A stretch of 64,000 bases of DNA from Longimicrobiales bacterium. Lineage in GTDB: Bacteria; Gemmatimonadota; Gemmatimonadetes; Longimicrobiales; Gaopeijiaceae. Below the pieces are notes generated by a model. The model worked only from the letters and a program-made list of their open reading frames with translations. It was not told where the DNA came from and searched no databases. The stretch is from NCBI GenBank assembly GCA_965218295.1, contig CBDCKN010000003.1:256001-320000 (forward strand), in the 5' to 3' direction. The translations under genes were made by a program, and so were the position numbers. Positions 29,521 to 39,610 of this stretch are shown piece by piece; within the stretch, counting starts at the first letter, position 1; every line of letters starts with the position of its first letter.

Positions 29521-30600
29521 TACTACTACGTCGTCGGATACAACATGATGTACGTCGACGTAGGCAACTTTATCGGTTCCTTCAGCTTTCTCCGCAGCCC
29601 GTCGCCAGACGAAGTTGCGCTGCTGGCGGGTGTCGAAGGCGCGCGGGAGGCGGTGATCGCAACCGACTACTCGGTCATGTCCGACTGGTTCTTCCAGATG
29701 GTATTCGTGGCGACCGCCGGGTCCATTGTCTCCGGAGCACTGGCCGAAAGGGTCAGGCTCTGGTCGTTCTTCTGCTTCACCGTGGTGCTGACCGCGTTCA
29801 TTTATCCGACCGTCGGCGCCTGGACCTGGGGCGGCGGCTGGCTTAACGCAATGGGCTTCCAGGACTTTGCCGGTTCGAGCATCGTGCATGGCACGGGCGG
29901 GGCCGGCGCGCTGGTCGTTGGGCCGCGGTACAGAAAGTTCCGCAGCGACGGCACGGTTCTCATCACGCCCCCGTCCAACGTACCAGTGGTCACCCTGGGG
30001 GTGTTCATTCTCTGGTTCGGTTGGTTCGGCTTCAATGGGGGTTCCCAGCTCGCGCTCGGGAGCGCTGCCGACGTGATCGCGATCAGCCACGTGCTGGTCA
30101 ATACCAACTTAGCGGGAGCGGCCGGGGTTATCGCGGCCATCGCGGTCTCGCGGCCAATCCTCGGGCGCGTCGATCTGCTCGCGGGTCTGAACGGCGCCAT
30201 CGCCGGCCTCGTCTCGATCACTGCGGGACCTGACATCACCAGTCACTATTGGGCCATCGTGATCGGCGCGGTTGGCGCCATCATCTGCACCGCCGGCATC
30301 AAGCTCCTCGAGAAGCTGAAGGTGGACGACGTGGTCGGGGCGGTGCCCGCGCACCTCTTCGCCGGAACCTGGGGTACGTTAGCTACAGCCATCGCGGCAG
30401 GCGCCAATATCGGCGTGCAGTTGATCGGCGTGGTGTCGATCGTCGCTTTTGCGTTCTCAGCGTCGTGGCTGATGTGGCTGGCGCTGGAGAAGACGATGGG
30501 CGTTCGTGTGTCCCAGCGGGTCGAGCAGATGGGTCAGGACGTGGCGGAGCTGGGCATCGACGCCTACCCCGAGTTCGTGCTGATGCCGGAGCAGGACTAG
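29521..30600 (+). pseudogene. amt: Ammonium transporter, N-terminally truncated
   Basis: FFQMVF, SGALAER, DFAGSSIVH, LWFGWFGFNGGS, DDVVGAVPAH. Begins mid-gene at YYVVGYN. Confidence 0.85.
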
Positions 30601-30613
30601 GAAGACGTACGGG

Positions 30614-31273
30614 ATGCCAGACGCTGGAGCATCGGACGTGGGCGAGGACCGCCCCGAACTCGCGGGACCGCCCAGCGGAAGGAGCATTTGCGTCTACCTG
30701 GGCGGCAACCTAGGACGGGAGCAGCGCTACATCGACGAGGCCGATGCCCTCGGGCGACTGATGGCGGCAGAGGGCATCGGGCTGGTGTATGGCGGCGCGA
30801 GCGTCGGACTGATGGGTGTGGTGGCAAATGCTGTGCTGGAGGGCGGCGGCTTCGTCATCGGTGTGGTCCCCCGGCAATTGTCGTATCAGGAGCTCGCGCA
30901 CGAGGGCCTCAGCCAGCTCCTCGAAGTCGCCACGATGCACGAGCGCAAACATCTTATGCAGCAGCTGTCACAGGGCTGCATCGCTCTGCCCGGCGGGTTC
31001 GGCACGCTGGAAGAGATCTTCGAAGTCCTGTGCTGGTCGCAGCGGCCGCTGGAGCTGCACGAGAAGCCGTGCTGCTTCGCCAACATCGACGGCTACTACG
31101 ACCACCTGTTCGCCTTCCTAGATCGTGCGACCGCTGGGGGGCTGCTGCTGCCGCAGAACCGCTTGCTCGCCCGGCAGGCCCCGACCGCCACGGCAGCGCT
31201 ACGGATGATTCAGGCGGCGTGGGACGAAGACGAACAGGCCATGCTTGACGTGATCAAGGCATATAGAGTCTAA
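30614..31273 (+). CDS. LOG family (TIGR00730-type) nucleotide phosphoribohydrolase
   Basis: LVYGG..GLMG, MHERK and PGGFGTLEE motifs. Confidence 0.92.
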   Translation: MPDAGASDVGEDRPELAGPPSGRSICVYLGGNLGREQRYIDEADALGRLMAAEGIGLVYGGASVGLMGVVANAVLEGGGFVIGVVPRQLSYQELAHEGLSQLLEVATMHERKHLMQQLSQGCIALPGGFGTLEEIFEVLCWSQRPLELHEKPCCFANIDGYYDHLFAFLDRATAGGLLLPQNRLLARQAPTATAALRMIQAAWDEDEQAMLDVIKAYRV

Positions 31274-31318
31274 CCTATTGATAATACAATACTTACTATT
31301 GATCTATCCACGATGATC

Positions 31319-31469
31319 TGACCTGCCCCCAAGAGCGGTACCACATCCTATGTTAGTCCCAGCACCTGTGGAGGGCCGTGAAGGACGGGCATCCTCAGGA
31401 ACCAGGGCGACGGCTTAATCGCCTCAGGGGCCGGGGGAAAGCCGCCGCAGGCGCTGTGGGGTCGGACGG
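31319..31469 (-). mobile_element. IS3-family right-end remnant
   Basis: Near-identical inverted copy of 13633-13783. Confidence 0.85.
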
Positions 31470-31519
31470 GCGCGACGCTTTGCCCAGACCGGCCTCCCGG
31501 TTGCGCTACGTCCCGTGAC

Positions 31520-31675
31520 CAAGCTTCCAGCGAGCCATGTGGGGGCGGTGGCGCTGGCGCTGGCGGCGGTGTCCAACAGCTCGCGTACCGTACTGAACAT
31601 CTCTGAACATTACAAGCAGTTAGGACGTTTCCTACGGGTTGACTTTCTTGCAAACGGCTCTTCACCGTTCCGGGC
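31520..31675 (+). promoter_or_regulatory. Conserved leader (copy 2)
   Basis: Shares the identical block CTGGCGGCGGTGTCCAACAGCTCGCGTACCGTACTG with copy 1, plus TTAGGACGTTTCCTACGGGTTGAC. Confidence 0.6.
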
Positions 31676-32651
31676 ATGGAGACGCAGAAGCAGCAGTTCA
31701 AGTCGGCGGTGAGCGATGCGATCGTTCACCGCCAGGGAAGCAAAGAGGCGCTCGCGCCATTCGGCTGGACGGGAGAAAAGGCCGGGTGGATCGCGTTCGT
31801 CTGCCTCCACAGCGGCGCGTTCACCCGCGTCCAGTGCGCGCGATTCCTCGATGCACACCCGGAACAGGTGCGGCGCGTCGTCCACGCGCTGATCGCGCAG
31901 GGCCTGGCCGCCGAGGACACCGTGCCCGGCATCCGGGGGATCGGCCGCGTGTGCCGCATCTTCTCCCGGCGGATCTACCGGGCCATCGGAGCCGAGCACA
32001 TCCGCCACCGCCGCGACGCCTCGCCCGCCGTACTCATGCGGCGCCTGCTCTCGCTCGACTACGTGATCGAGCATCCCGGCTTGCCTTGGCTGGCCACCGA
32101 ATCCGAGAAAGTCGCCGCGTTCGAGGCCCTCGGCATCGAACGCGGGCTGCTGCCCGTCCGGGTTTACCGGGGTGCCGCCGGTGCGACTCGGCGCTACTTC
32201 CCGGGTAAAGCTGCCCGTCGCGCTGGACGCCGAGAGCGCCGTCTTCGTCTACGCCGATCCCGGCCACGCGACCGCGACCGCGCTTCACTCCTGGGGTGCG
32301 GCGCACCGCGGGCTCTGGCACGCGCTTGGGAGACGAGGCCGATCCGTCGAGGTTGTCGCGGTCGCTCGCCCCTCGAGAGAGCTTGAGCGGGCACGGCGAG
32401 TCATGCGCCACTGGGCCGAGCCCTCCGGTCCAGCCGAACTCGACCCCCAGGTTCGCAAGGAGCTCGCCCGGATCGAGGAGGCCATTCTCGCGGGCGCGGT
32501 CCCGATCCTGGAGAAGTACGGCGGTCTCCAGGCCGCCATGAAGCGCAGCGTGGCGCTGGAGAAACAGGCCCGACGGCAGGCCGCCCGCGCCTCAATCCGC
32601 CGCGGCAGCACATGGCGGACCGCGCGCCTCGCCGGGGCTCGCTACCGATGA
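31676..32651 (+). pseudogene. Uncharacterised mobile-element protein (paralog of 44863-45795), frameshifted near 32205
   Basis: ORFs 31676-32386 and 32172-32651 together align with 44863-45795. The first ~13 codons resemble the Cro-like N-terminus. Confidence 0.75.
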
Positions 32652-33503
32652 GCGGCGCGCGACTTACGGCCGCACTGGAGTGCGCAAACGACGCGGGGGT
32701 ACGATTCACACTTCGGCGCCCCGGCGATTCACACGGAGCTTCCCGCCTATCCGCTGGCGCGGCAGCGTCTTGCGCTTCCGCGGACAGGCCGGCCAGCGCT
32801 GTACGGGCGGCACCGTCCGAGGCGGTAGCGACCCCCCAGTCCGAGGGCCTGGTACGGGTTCGGACGCAGGTGTGTTTGCGCACCCCTGCCCCCGTCCCCT
32901 CGGGGTCGCTACCGGCCAATTATCTCTGCGCGGGAAGGCGGTTCAGCGCCGCTTCGAGGCGGCGGAGCACCAGTTCGCCGGCCCCCTGTCCGTCGGGCTA
33001 TCGGACATCGCCGAGCAAGGCCGGGGCCGCGATGGGCGGGGCCGCAGCCCACGCCGCCAAGCCTGGGATGCGCCCGTCCTGGGCACCCAAAAGGCCTTCC
33101 CGCATGGGATACCGTGACCGGAGCGGCATCGCCGCTCCGGCGACCGTGGTGCAACCGCAAAGCAGCCAGCGACATACGGAACCGCTGGCGCGCACACCGC
33201 AACGGTGGTTCCGTGCACATGCACCTCGATGTCGATGTGCACGCGCGGTACGCCACCGACCCCCGGTGATCGGCGGTCAAGATCGGCCCCCCGAGCCGCT
33301 CTCGACACGTCTGCAAAACAACCTTCCCATCATAGCGCCGGACTCGTGAATCGGGAAGCGCCAGCGCGGCGGGTCATCGGCTCGGAGCGGCCTGAACGCC
33401 GGAAGGCCCGGCGCACGCGGAATCGCCCGTCTGGCGAAGATGCCTTTTCAGCGCGAAGTTTCAGGCGCGCAGATCGTGCAGTCCATCATCGAGGAGGAAT
33501 CGA

Positions 33504-34668
33504 ATGATGGCACGCACGAAACGAAGCCGGCACAGTTACGGCGCCGGCGAATGGGGCCGGAACCGGGTCCGGGTGTTTCCCGATCCCAAGACCGGCCTGC
33601 TCCAGATCGGAGTGGCGCGAGAACGGGCGCAGGCTGAGCAAATCGCTCAAGCACCGCGACTGGGCACGGGCGAAGAGGCAGGCGGACGAGTTCGCCGCAG
33701 GCTTCGCCGGGCCGGAGATCGGGGGCGGAGCGGAAGCCGAGCCCGAGCCGCCCACGCTGGAGACGCTTTTTGACATCTACGGTGAAGAGGTGACGCCCAC
33801 CAAGGGCAGGCAATCACGGCGGCACGACAGGGCCGCGATGCGGATGTTCCTTGGGTTCTTCGGACGGGACCGCAGCCCGGCAACGCTCTCCCAGCGCGAC
33901 TGGGACAGGTTCATCAGGGAACGACGGGCGGGGCGGGTCGGCCCGAGCGAAAGGCCCGTATCGGATCGAACAATCCAACAGGACCTGAAGCTACTGCTGG
34001 CGATCCTCAACTGGGCCGCGAAGTCGAGGGACGAGCAGGGCCGCCTGCTCCTCGATTCGAACCCGCTGCAGGGTCTGAAGACGCCCAAGGAGAAGAACCC
34101 GACCCGGGTCGTCCTCGTGGAGGAGGAATACCTGGCGCTTCTAGAGGTGTCCCGCCAAGTCGACTGGCGATTTCGCGTCGCGCTGGTGCTCGTGCACGAG
34201 ACGGGACACCGCATCGGTGCCATCCGTAAGCTCCGGTGGTCGGACATCGACATGGAAGGCGGAATCATCCGGTGGAGGGCCGAGCACGAGAAGTCCGGCT
34301 ACGAACACCGGACGCCGGTGACCATCGAGGCGATCGTCGTCTTGGAAGAGGCGCGAAAGAGGAACCCTGGGATCGGCGACGCGCTTGTGTTACCCGCGCC
34401 CGGGAATCCTTCGACGTGCGTGCGCTCCGGGCGGGCGCGCTCCTGGTGGAGGAGAGCGGAGAGGCTCGCGGGGCTGGAGCCGAAGCACCGCAGAGGCTGG
34501 CACTCGCTGAGGCGGAAGTTCGCTTCGGACCTCATGGACCAGCCGCTCAAGGTGCTGTGCGAGCTTGGGGGCTGGAAGACGGCCAGAACAGTGCTCCAGT
34601 GCTACCAGCACGCCGACGAGGACCAGCTCAGGAACGCGCTCGACAACCGCCGCAGAGTTCGGGCCTGA
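33504..34668 (+). pseudogene. Tyrosine integrase, +1 frameshift near 33610 (possibly an assembly error)
   Basis: The N-terminal ORF continues in another frame as EWRENGRRLSKSLKHRD. Catalytic part has ETGHR, HSLRRKFA, GGW and CY. Confidence 0.85.
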
Positions 34669-34671
34669 ACC

Positions 34672-34699
34672 CAATTAGCGGGAATCAATTGGCGGGAAT
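34672..34699. repeat. Tandem 14-bp direct repeat (possible integrase arm sites)
   Basis: CAATTAGCGGGAAT CAATTGGCGGGAAT directly after the integrase stop. Confidence 0.55.
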
Positions 34700-34707
34700 C
34701 CGGCACG

Positions 34708-36042
34708 TCACGCTCGTAAGTTCAATGCGAGCAAAAGGATGCACATCTGCCACCGCATGCCCGCAAGGCCTTCGTCAACTGCTGTTCTAACGCGGTCATA
34801 GAGCTCCTTCACTCGTTCGACAGCTTCACGGCCGGCCGAGTGTCCATGGTCCGGGGCGGATAGGCGAGCGCGCCGGCCGGCAGCACCACGAACCGCTCCC
34901 CCTCGATCTCCCGAAGCGTGATCCCCCAGGTGGTCGCCTCGAGCCGCTCCAGGGTCTGGCGTGCCTCCCCGATATCCAGGTCGAGGGCGGCGGCCGTCTG
35001 GATCCGGGCCTGGATGCGCGCCGACAGCCAGTGCATCGTCGCCCAGCTCCCGCCGCAGATGCCAAGCCAGAGGCTCAGGCCGACGACCAGGGGCCGGAGC
35101 CAGGCCTTGAGCAGGAGGGCGCGCATCCGACCGGTCGCCACCGCCGTATCGGCTTCGATGGTATGCAGCGCGTTCCTCGCAACGCGCCGCGAGTTCGCGC
35201 CGAGCCGCTCGAGCTCGCTCGCGGTCAATTCCTCGATCGCCTGGCGTTCGGTCTCCAGCCGTCTCCGCAATCGCTCGGTCAAGTCGTTCGCGTTTGAAGT
35301 CATGTGCGTATAGCTCTCCTTTCAGACGCCACCGGTCCCTGGTCGTGGGATCCAGGGCCGTCAGGTAGTCCTGGCCCTGGCGCGGCACCTCCAGGCCCGC
35401 CTCCCGCAGGGCGGCGACGATATCGGCCCGGTTCCGCACCGTGCCGTGCTCGACGCGCTGGAGCAGGTAGTCCCGGATCAGGTCGCGGGGCTCGGACTCC
35501 AGCCCGAGGCCGGTCCTGAGCCGCGCCGCCTCGACGTAGGCGCGGTGACCGGGGTGCTGCACCCTGGCCCGCGCCGGGTCGTCCGGCCGGCTCCAGCCGT
35601 GTTCGGCGTTGAAGGCGTCGCGGAGCGGGTCGAACGTCTTCCGCCACCCGGGGGGCGCGATGTTGAGGCTCCGGCCGGTCTCCAGGTCGCACCGCGCGGC
35701 CAGGACATGCACGTGAGCGCCGCCGCCGCGCTCGCGGTGCAGCACGGCGGCCCAGGCGTAGCGGTCGGGTTCGAGCCCGGCCCAGGCCGTCTGCTCGAAG
35801 GCATCGATAACCGCGCCGATCTGCGCGTCGGTCGGAGTGTCGTCGGGTGCCCAGGCAATCACGCCCGACGTGTACTTGTGCTCGAACCCCAGCGCATCGG
35901 CCACCGCAGCCGCCTGATGGGGGTTCCCCCGAAAGACCTCCACGCCCGCGCGGAGTTGACCCGCCGCGTCCCGCGCCCCGAGGAGGTAGTCGGCCGCCGC
36001 CCGGGCCGAGCCGGTTCCGCGGGCCAGGAACTTAATGTGCAT
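34708..36042 (-). CDS. Relaxase copy 2 (MbeA-like), C-terminus truncated
   Basis: Highly similar to 2983-4503 until ~34760, where the nested mobD remnant (MTALEQQLTKALR) also breaks off. Confidence 0.88.
   Translation of the reverse strand: MHIKFLARGTGSARAAADYLLGARDAAGQLRAGVEVFRGNPHQAAAVADALGFEHKYTSGVIAWAPDDTPTDAQIGAVIDAFEQTAWAGLEPDRYAWAAVLHRERGGGAHVHVLAARCDLETGRSLNIAPPGWRKTFDPLRDAFNAEHGWSRPDDPARARVQHPGHRAYVEAARLRTGLGLESEPRDLIRDYLLQRVEHGTVRNRADIVAALREAGLEVPRQGQDYLTALDPTTRDRWRLKGELYAHDFKRERLDRAIAETAGDRTPGDRGIDRERARAARRELAARCEERAAYHRSRYGGGDRSDARPPAQGLAPAPGRRPEPLAWHLRRELGDDALAVGAHPGPDPDGRRPRPGYRGGTPDPGAARGDHLGDHASGDRGGAVRGAAGRRARLSAPDHGHSAGREAVERVKELYDRVRTAVDEGLAGMRWQMCILLLALNLRA
34809..35303 (-). 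CDS. MbeB/MobB-like protein copy 2
   Basis: Homologous to 3270-3764. Confidence 0.75.
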   Translation of the reverse strand: MTSNANDLTERLRRRLETERQAIEELTASELERLGANSRRVARNALHTIEADTAVATGRMRALLLKAWLRPLVVGLSLWLGICGGSWATMHWLSARIQARIQTAAALDLDIGEARQTLERLEATTWGITLREIEGERFVVLPAGALAYPPRTMDTRPAVKLSNE

Positions 36043-36370
36043 CGGGGTCGGGGCGTCCGACGGGGGCCAACGCCGCGAGCGCCCGGTCGATGGCGACCAG
36101 GTGGGCGACGATCTCGACGGCCTCGGCGTTCGCTTTGAAGGTATTGGCCCAGCGGGCGATCTGGTTCAGGTTCGCCCCGATCCGCGCCAGCTCGCGGGTG
36201 CGCTCTCGCTCCACCTCGGTCGCCGGGGCGGTCCACGTCCGCGTACGCGCCATGGCCTGCCGGAGCAGCGCCGACAGCGACACGCCAGCGGCCGCGGCCT
36301 TGGCCCGCCAGTCGGCGAGCTCGGCCGGCGATACGCGGGCGGCCGCAGTGACGGTGCGGCGATCGGCCAT
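36032..36370 (-). CDS. mobC: MobC copy 2
   Basis: ELARIGANLNQIARWAN motif. Start at MADRRT. Confidence 0.9.
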   Translation of the reverse strand: MADRRTVTAAARVSPAELADWRAKAAAAGVSLSALLRQAMARTRTWTAPATEVERERTRELARIGANLNQIARWANTFKANAEAVEIVAHLVAIDRALAALAPVGRPDPDAH

Positions 36371-36468
36371 CAGGACGCATCGCCAGAGGAGAAAGGGGCG
36401 CGAGCCCCGCCCGCGAACTCCGCCGGAGGGCGGACATCCGGGGGATCGAAGGGGGCGGAGCACCCCTC

Positions 36469-36505
36469 GCCAGCCCCAATGTTGCACATTGGGTAGGCTG
36501 GCTTA
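36469..36505. other. Putative oriT (copy 4, different hairpin arm)
   Basis: GCCAGCCCCAATGTTGCACATTGGGTAGGCTGGCTTA upstream of mobC copy 2. Confidence 0.7.
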
Positions 36506-36856
36506 GGCACCATAAGGGTGCCAGACAGCCCCCCGGCGAGCGCGCCGGACGGCCTCCGGCAGCGGGAATCTCGGGTCGGCGGAATCTCCATACCCCTACA
36601 CGGAGAAGCCCTTCTCACGCGGTGTCAACAGCGTGAATCGAGGCGATTTCCCAAGGGTTCCAGCGCCGTCCCAGAGTCGGATCGGCCTCCGCCAGCGCCG
36701 CCTCCATCGCCCGCTGACTGATGGCGGACAGAGACCGGGAGGCCGAACCGATCCGCTGTTTCCGGGCTCGCAGCCGCGCGTTGGTTGTAGAGGTCGTGGT
36801 CTACAGAACGGATCGTAGATAGGTTTCTCTACACGCCTCGGTCATGGAGGAGTCGC

Positions 36857-37312
36857 GTGCAGCCTGCATCTCCGAATCATAGCACAGATCTGAGGAGCTT
36901 CCTGTCAAGAGCTGCGGAGGCTGCGTCGTACTCCGGCAAGAAGATGATGGAGTCTGCCGGTCTAAGTTGGCAGTCCCTCGCTGCATGGAAGGCCGGAACC
37001 CGAAGACCCCGTGCTGAGAGCATCCATGCGGTCGGTCACGCCCTGCTGCTTCGTGGTGATAGGATCCGCCGGATTGGCCTTGAGTTGATTCGGGCGGCTG
37101 AGCAGGCGTCTGGCCAGGGGAGGCCTACACCTGCGACCGATGATGGCCCGCAGCGCGTACTGTTCGCTCCGGCACGGGCCGCAGCCGAGACCTCCCAACG
37201 GCTGCACGACGATGGTGCGGAGGGTGCTCCCAACGACCGGCATGACTCGGGAAGGGCCTCGACAACCACCGGTAACTCGGAGGGACTGAGTCTTGGATCG
37301 CGTCACACCTGA
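36857..37312 (+). CDS. XRE-like HTH protein, possible R-M controller
   Basis: AGLSWQSLAAWKAGTRRP HTH-like segment at the head of the vsr-MTase-REase operon. Confidence 0.5.
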   Translation: MQPASPNHSTDLRSFLSRAAEAASYSGKKMMESAGLSWQSLAAWKAGTRRPRAESIHAVGHALLLRGDRIRRIGLELIRAAEQASGQGRPTPATDDGPQRVLFAPARAAAETSQRLHDDGAEGAPNDRHDSGRASTTTGNSEGLSLGSRHT

Positions 37313-37730
37313 GCAGCGTAGCAAGATGATGGCGGCCGTACGCTCCAAGGACACGAAGCCGGAACTGTTCATCCGCAGAGCACTACACGCCCGAGGCTAC
37401 CGATTCCGCCTCCATCGCCGCGACTTGCCGGGCAAACCGGACATCGTGTTCCCGTCCCGAAAATCCGCGATCTTCGTCAACGGTTGCTTCTGGCACGGGC
37501 ACGGCTGTCCGTCCGGCGCACTGCCGGCCACCCGGCGAGCTTTCTGGAAAGCAAAGATCGGCCGAAATAAGGATCGGGACGCGGAGAACCGCCGTGAGCT
37601 TGAGGCGGCGGGGTGGAACGTCCTAGTGGTATGGGAATGCGACTTGCGACGGCCGGAGCCGGTAGAGCGCGTCGTTGCTTGGCTGGAAGCCGATCGGCCC
37701 CGCAATCTTGGACGGGACGTAGAGCCATGA
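37293..37730 (+). CDS. vsr: Very short patch repair endonuclease
   Basis: RSKMMAAVRSKDTKPE, LPGKPDIV, FVNGCFWHGH, VWEC. Confidence 0.95.
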   Translation: MDRVTPEQRSKMMAAVRSKDTKPELFIRRALHARGYRFRLHRRDLPGKPDIVFPSRKSAIFVNGCFWHGHGCPSGALPATRRAFWKAKIGRNKDRDAENRRELEAAGWNVLVVWECDLRRPEPVERVVAWLEADRPRNLGRDVEP

Positions 37731-38911
37731 ACGGGCCAGACCGTCCGATTACCGTTGTTGATCTGTTTTCCGGTGCCGGGGGCATGTCCTACGGGTTCAA
37801 AGCGCATGGCGCGTTCGAGATGATCGGCGCTGCCGATGCGGAGATCGGAAAACCTACATCCGGCAACGGACGGCTACAATGCAACACCACCTATCGGAAC
37901 AACATCGGAATCGACCCCAAGCGCGTTGATCTCGCGGACGTTACTCCGACCGATGTGCGCGACGTGCTGGGAATCGGTACGCGCGCGGTCAACGTCTTGA
38001 GCGTGTGTCCGCCCTGCACCGGGTTCACACGAACCAACCCGCAGAATCATCTTCGGGACGATTGCCGCAACGGGCTCGTGTCCAGGGCCGCAGGCTTTGC
38101 CGTAGCCTTGGACGCGGACATCGTAGTAATGGAGAACGCGCGCGAACTCTTACGCGGGAATTTCCTGCATCACTATCGCGCCTTCCGCGAGCGTCTGGAG
38201 GATAACGGCTACAGCGTGTTCGGGCGGAATTACATGCTGAACCGCTTCGGGCTTCCGCAAGTGCGCGAACGGGCCATCGTGATTGCCTCCAAGGAAGGAT
38301 TGCCCCTCTACACGCTGGAGAGCATGTGGGACGGCTGGAGCGTGGAAGAAAGCGCCAAGACCGTTCGCAGGGCGCTCTCGGTCGCCTCGGGAGCGAAGGG
38401 AGCGGACCACCGTTACCCAGGGTTCGCGTCAGAAACCGTCAAACGGCGGATTGCCGCCATACCGCCTGACGGCGGCTCTTGGATGGACCTGTTGGAGCAT
38501 CCTGATGCGGAGCAACTCTTGACCGGATCCATGAAGAGGATCGCGGAGGCCGGGAGATTCGGTTCGTACCCGGATGTCTACGGGCGGATGGCGTGGGACA
38601 AACCCGCCCCTACGATCAAACGGGAGTGCGCACATATCGGAAACGGCAGGTATGCTCACCCGGAACAGGACCGGCTTTGCACGGTCGCGGAAATGGCAGT
38701 TCTGAACGGCTTTCCTCACCACTATCAGTTCAACGGGTCATCACTGGCGAACACGTATCGCCATATCGGGGACGCGGTACCCCCGCTGGTTTCCTATCAG
38801 CTCGCGCATCTCTGCCGGTGGATTCTGACGGGCGAACGACCCAGCATCCAAGAACTCGTCTTGGCTGACACAAGCTTGCGGTTGTCAGATCTCGTGCGCG
38901 ACGCGGCATGA
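37727..38911 (+). CDS. DNA (cytosine-5)-methyltransferase
   Basis: DLFSGAGG, PPCTGF, MENA, PQVRER, IGDAVPP. Start at MNGPDR. Confidence 0.95.
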   Translation: MNGPDRPITVVDLFSGAGGMSYGFKAHGAFEMIGAADAEIGKPTSGNGRLQCNTTYRNNIGIDPKRVDLADVTPTDVRDVLGIGTRAVNVLSVCPPCTGFTRTNPQNHLRDDCRNGLVSRAAGFAVALDADIVVMENARELLRGNFLHHYRAFRERLEDNGYSVFGRNYMLNRFGLPQVRERAIVIASKEGLPLYTLESMWDGWSVEESAKTVRRALSVASGAKGADHRYPGFASETVKRRIAAIPPDGGSWMDLLEHPDAEQLLTGSMKRIAEAGRFGSYPDVYGRMAWDKPAPTIKRECAHIGNGRYAHPEQDRLCTVAEMAVLNGFPHHYQFNGSSLANTYRHIGDAVPPLVSYQLAHLCRWILTGERPSIQELVLADTSLRLSDLVRDAA

Positions 38912-39610
38912 CGACCCCACCGGACTCCACGGAGCAGAGATACCTCGACGAACTGCTTGCCGCGATGCGTGGCCCTTGCGAGACCACGTTCCCTACGTCC
39001 CCGGATGCCGAGACGCAGGCAGCCGAACTGGGGTTCCCGTCCGATCCCACCTTCGCTTCACCCTCGCCGTTCCTCAGCCCGCGATTCGAGAAGGAGTTCC
39101 GAACAACACTGCTCATTCACGATTACTTCCTGAGAGCGCCACTGGCGACGAACTCGTTTGAGGCGGCGTTCGTACGCGCAGCACATGCCGCAGGTCACGA
39201 CATTCGGAAAGCGCCTGACGGTCAGCGTTTTTGGGATGTCGAGATGGACGGGCTCCGAATCAGCCTGAAGTCCACCGCGGCAGCGAATCTGCGCGTCGGG
39301 TCACTGCACATTTCCAAGCTTTGCGAGGCAGCATGGATTCAGGACGCTCGCAGTGCGGCCCACCGAGAAGACAAGACCAAGCGCTTGTTCGAGGAGTATA
39401 CCGCCGCAGTGGGTGCTATCATTCAACTTCGGCTGTTCAAGAAGAAGGCCTTCTACGAAATGGTGAGGATCCCCACCTCTCTCTTGGCTCAAGTCGCGGA
39501 TGTTCCTCGTTCCAAGTTCGCGCCGGAGGGCCCGTCCATTGGAATCCCGGTTGGCCAAGACCCGCCGGACTTCACGTTGAAACTCGATAGATCCGACGCG
39601 AAGGTCACGT

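Noticed and set aside
30614..31273. LOG protein as a SLOG-type (Thoeris-like) defence effector
   Set aside because: It is a stand-alone housekeeping-type LOG with no SIR2/TIR partner nearby.
32195..33615. Programmed frameshifts in the unknown gene and the integrase
   Set aside because: There are no slippery heptamers, and scattered single-base indels elsewhere suggest decay or assembly error.
33504..34668. Either large integrase as the integron integrase IntI
   Set aside because: Neither this one nor 6072-7268 shows IntI-type N-terminal or insertion-domain motifs, and neither abuts the array.
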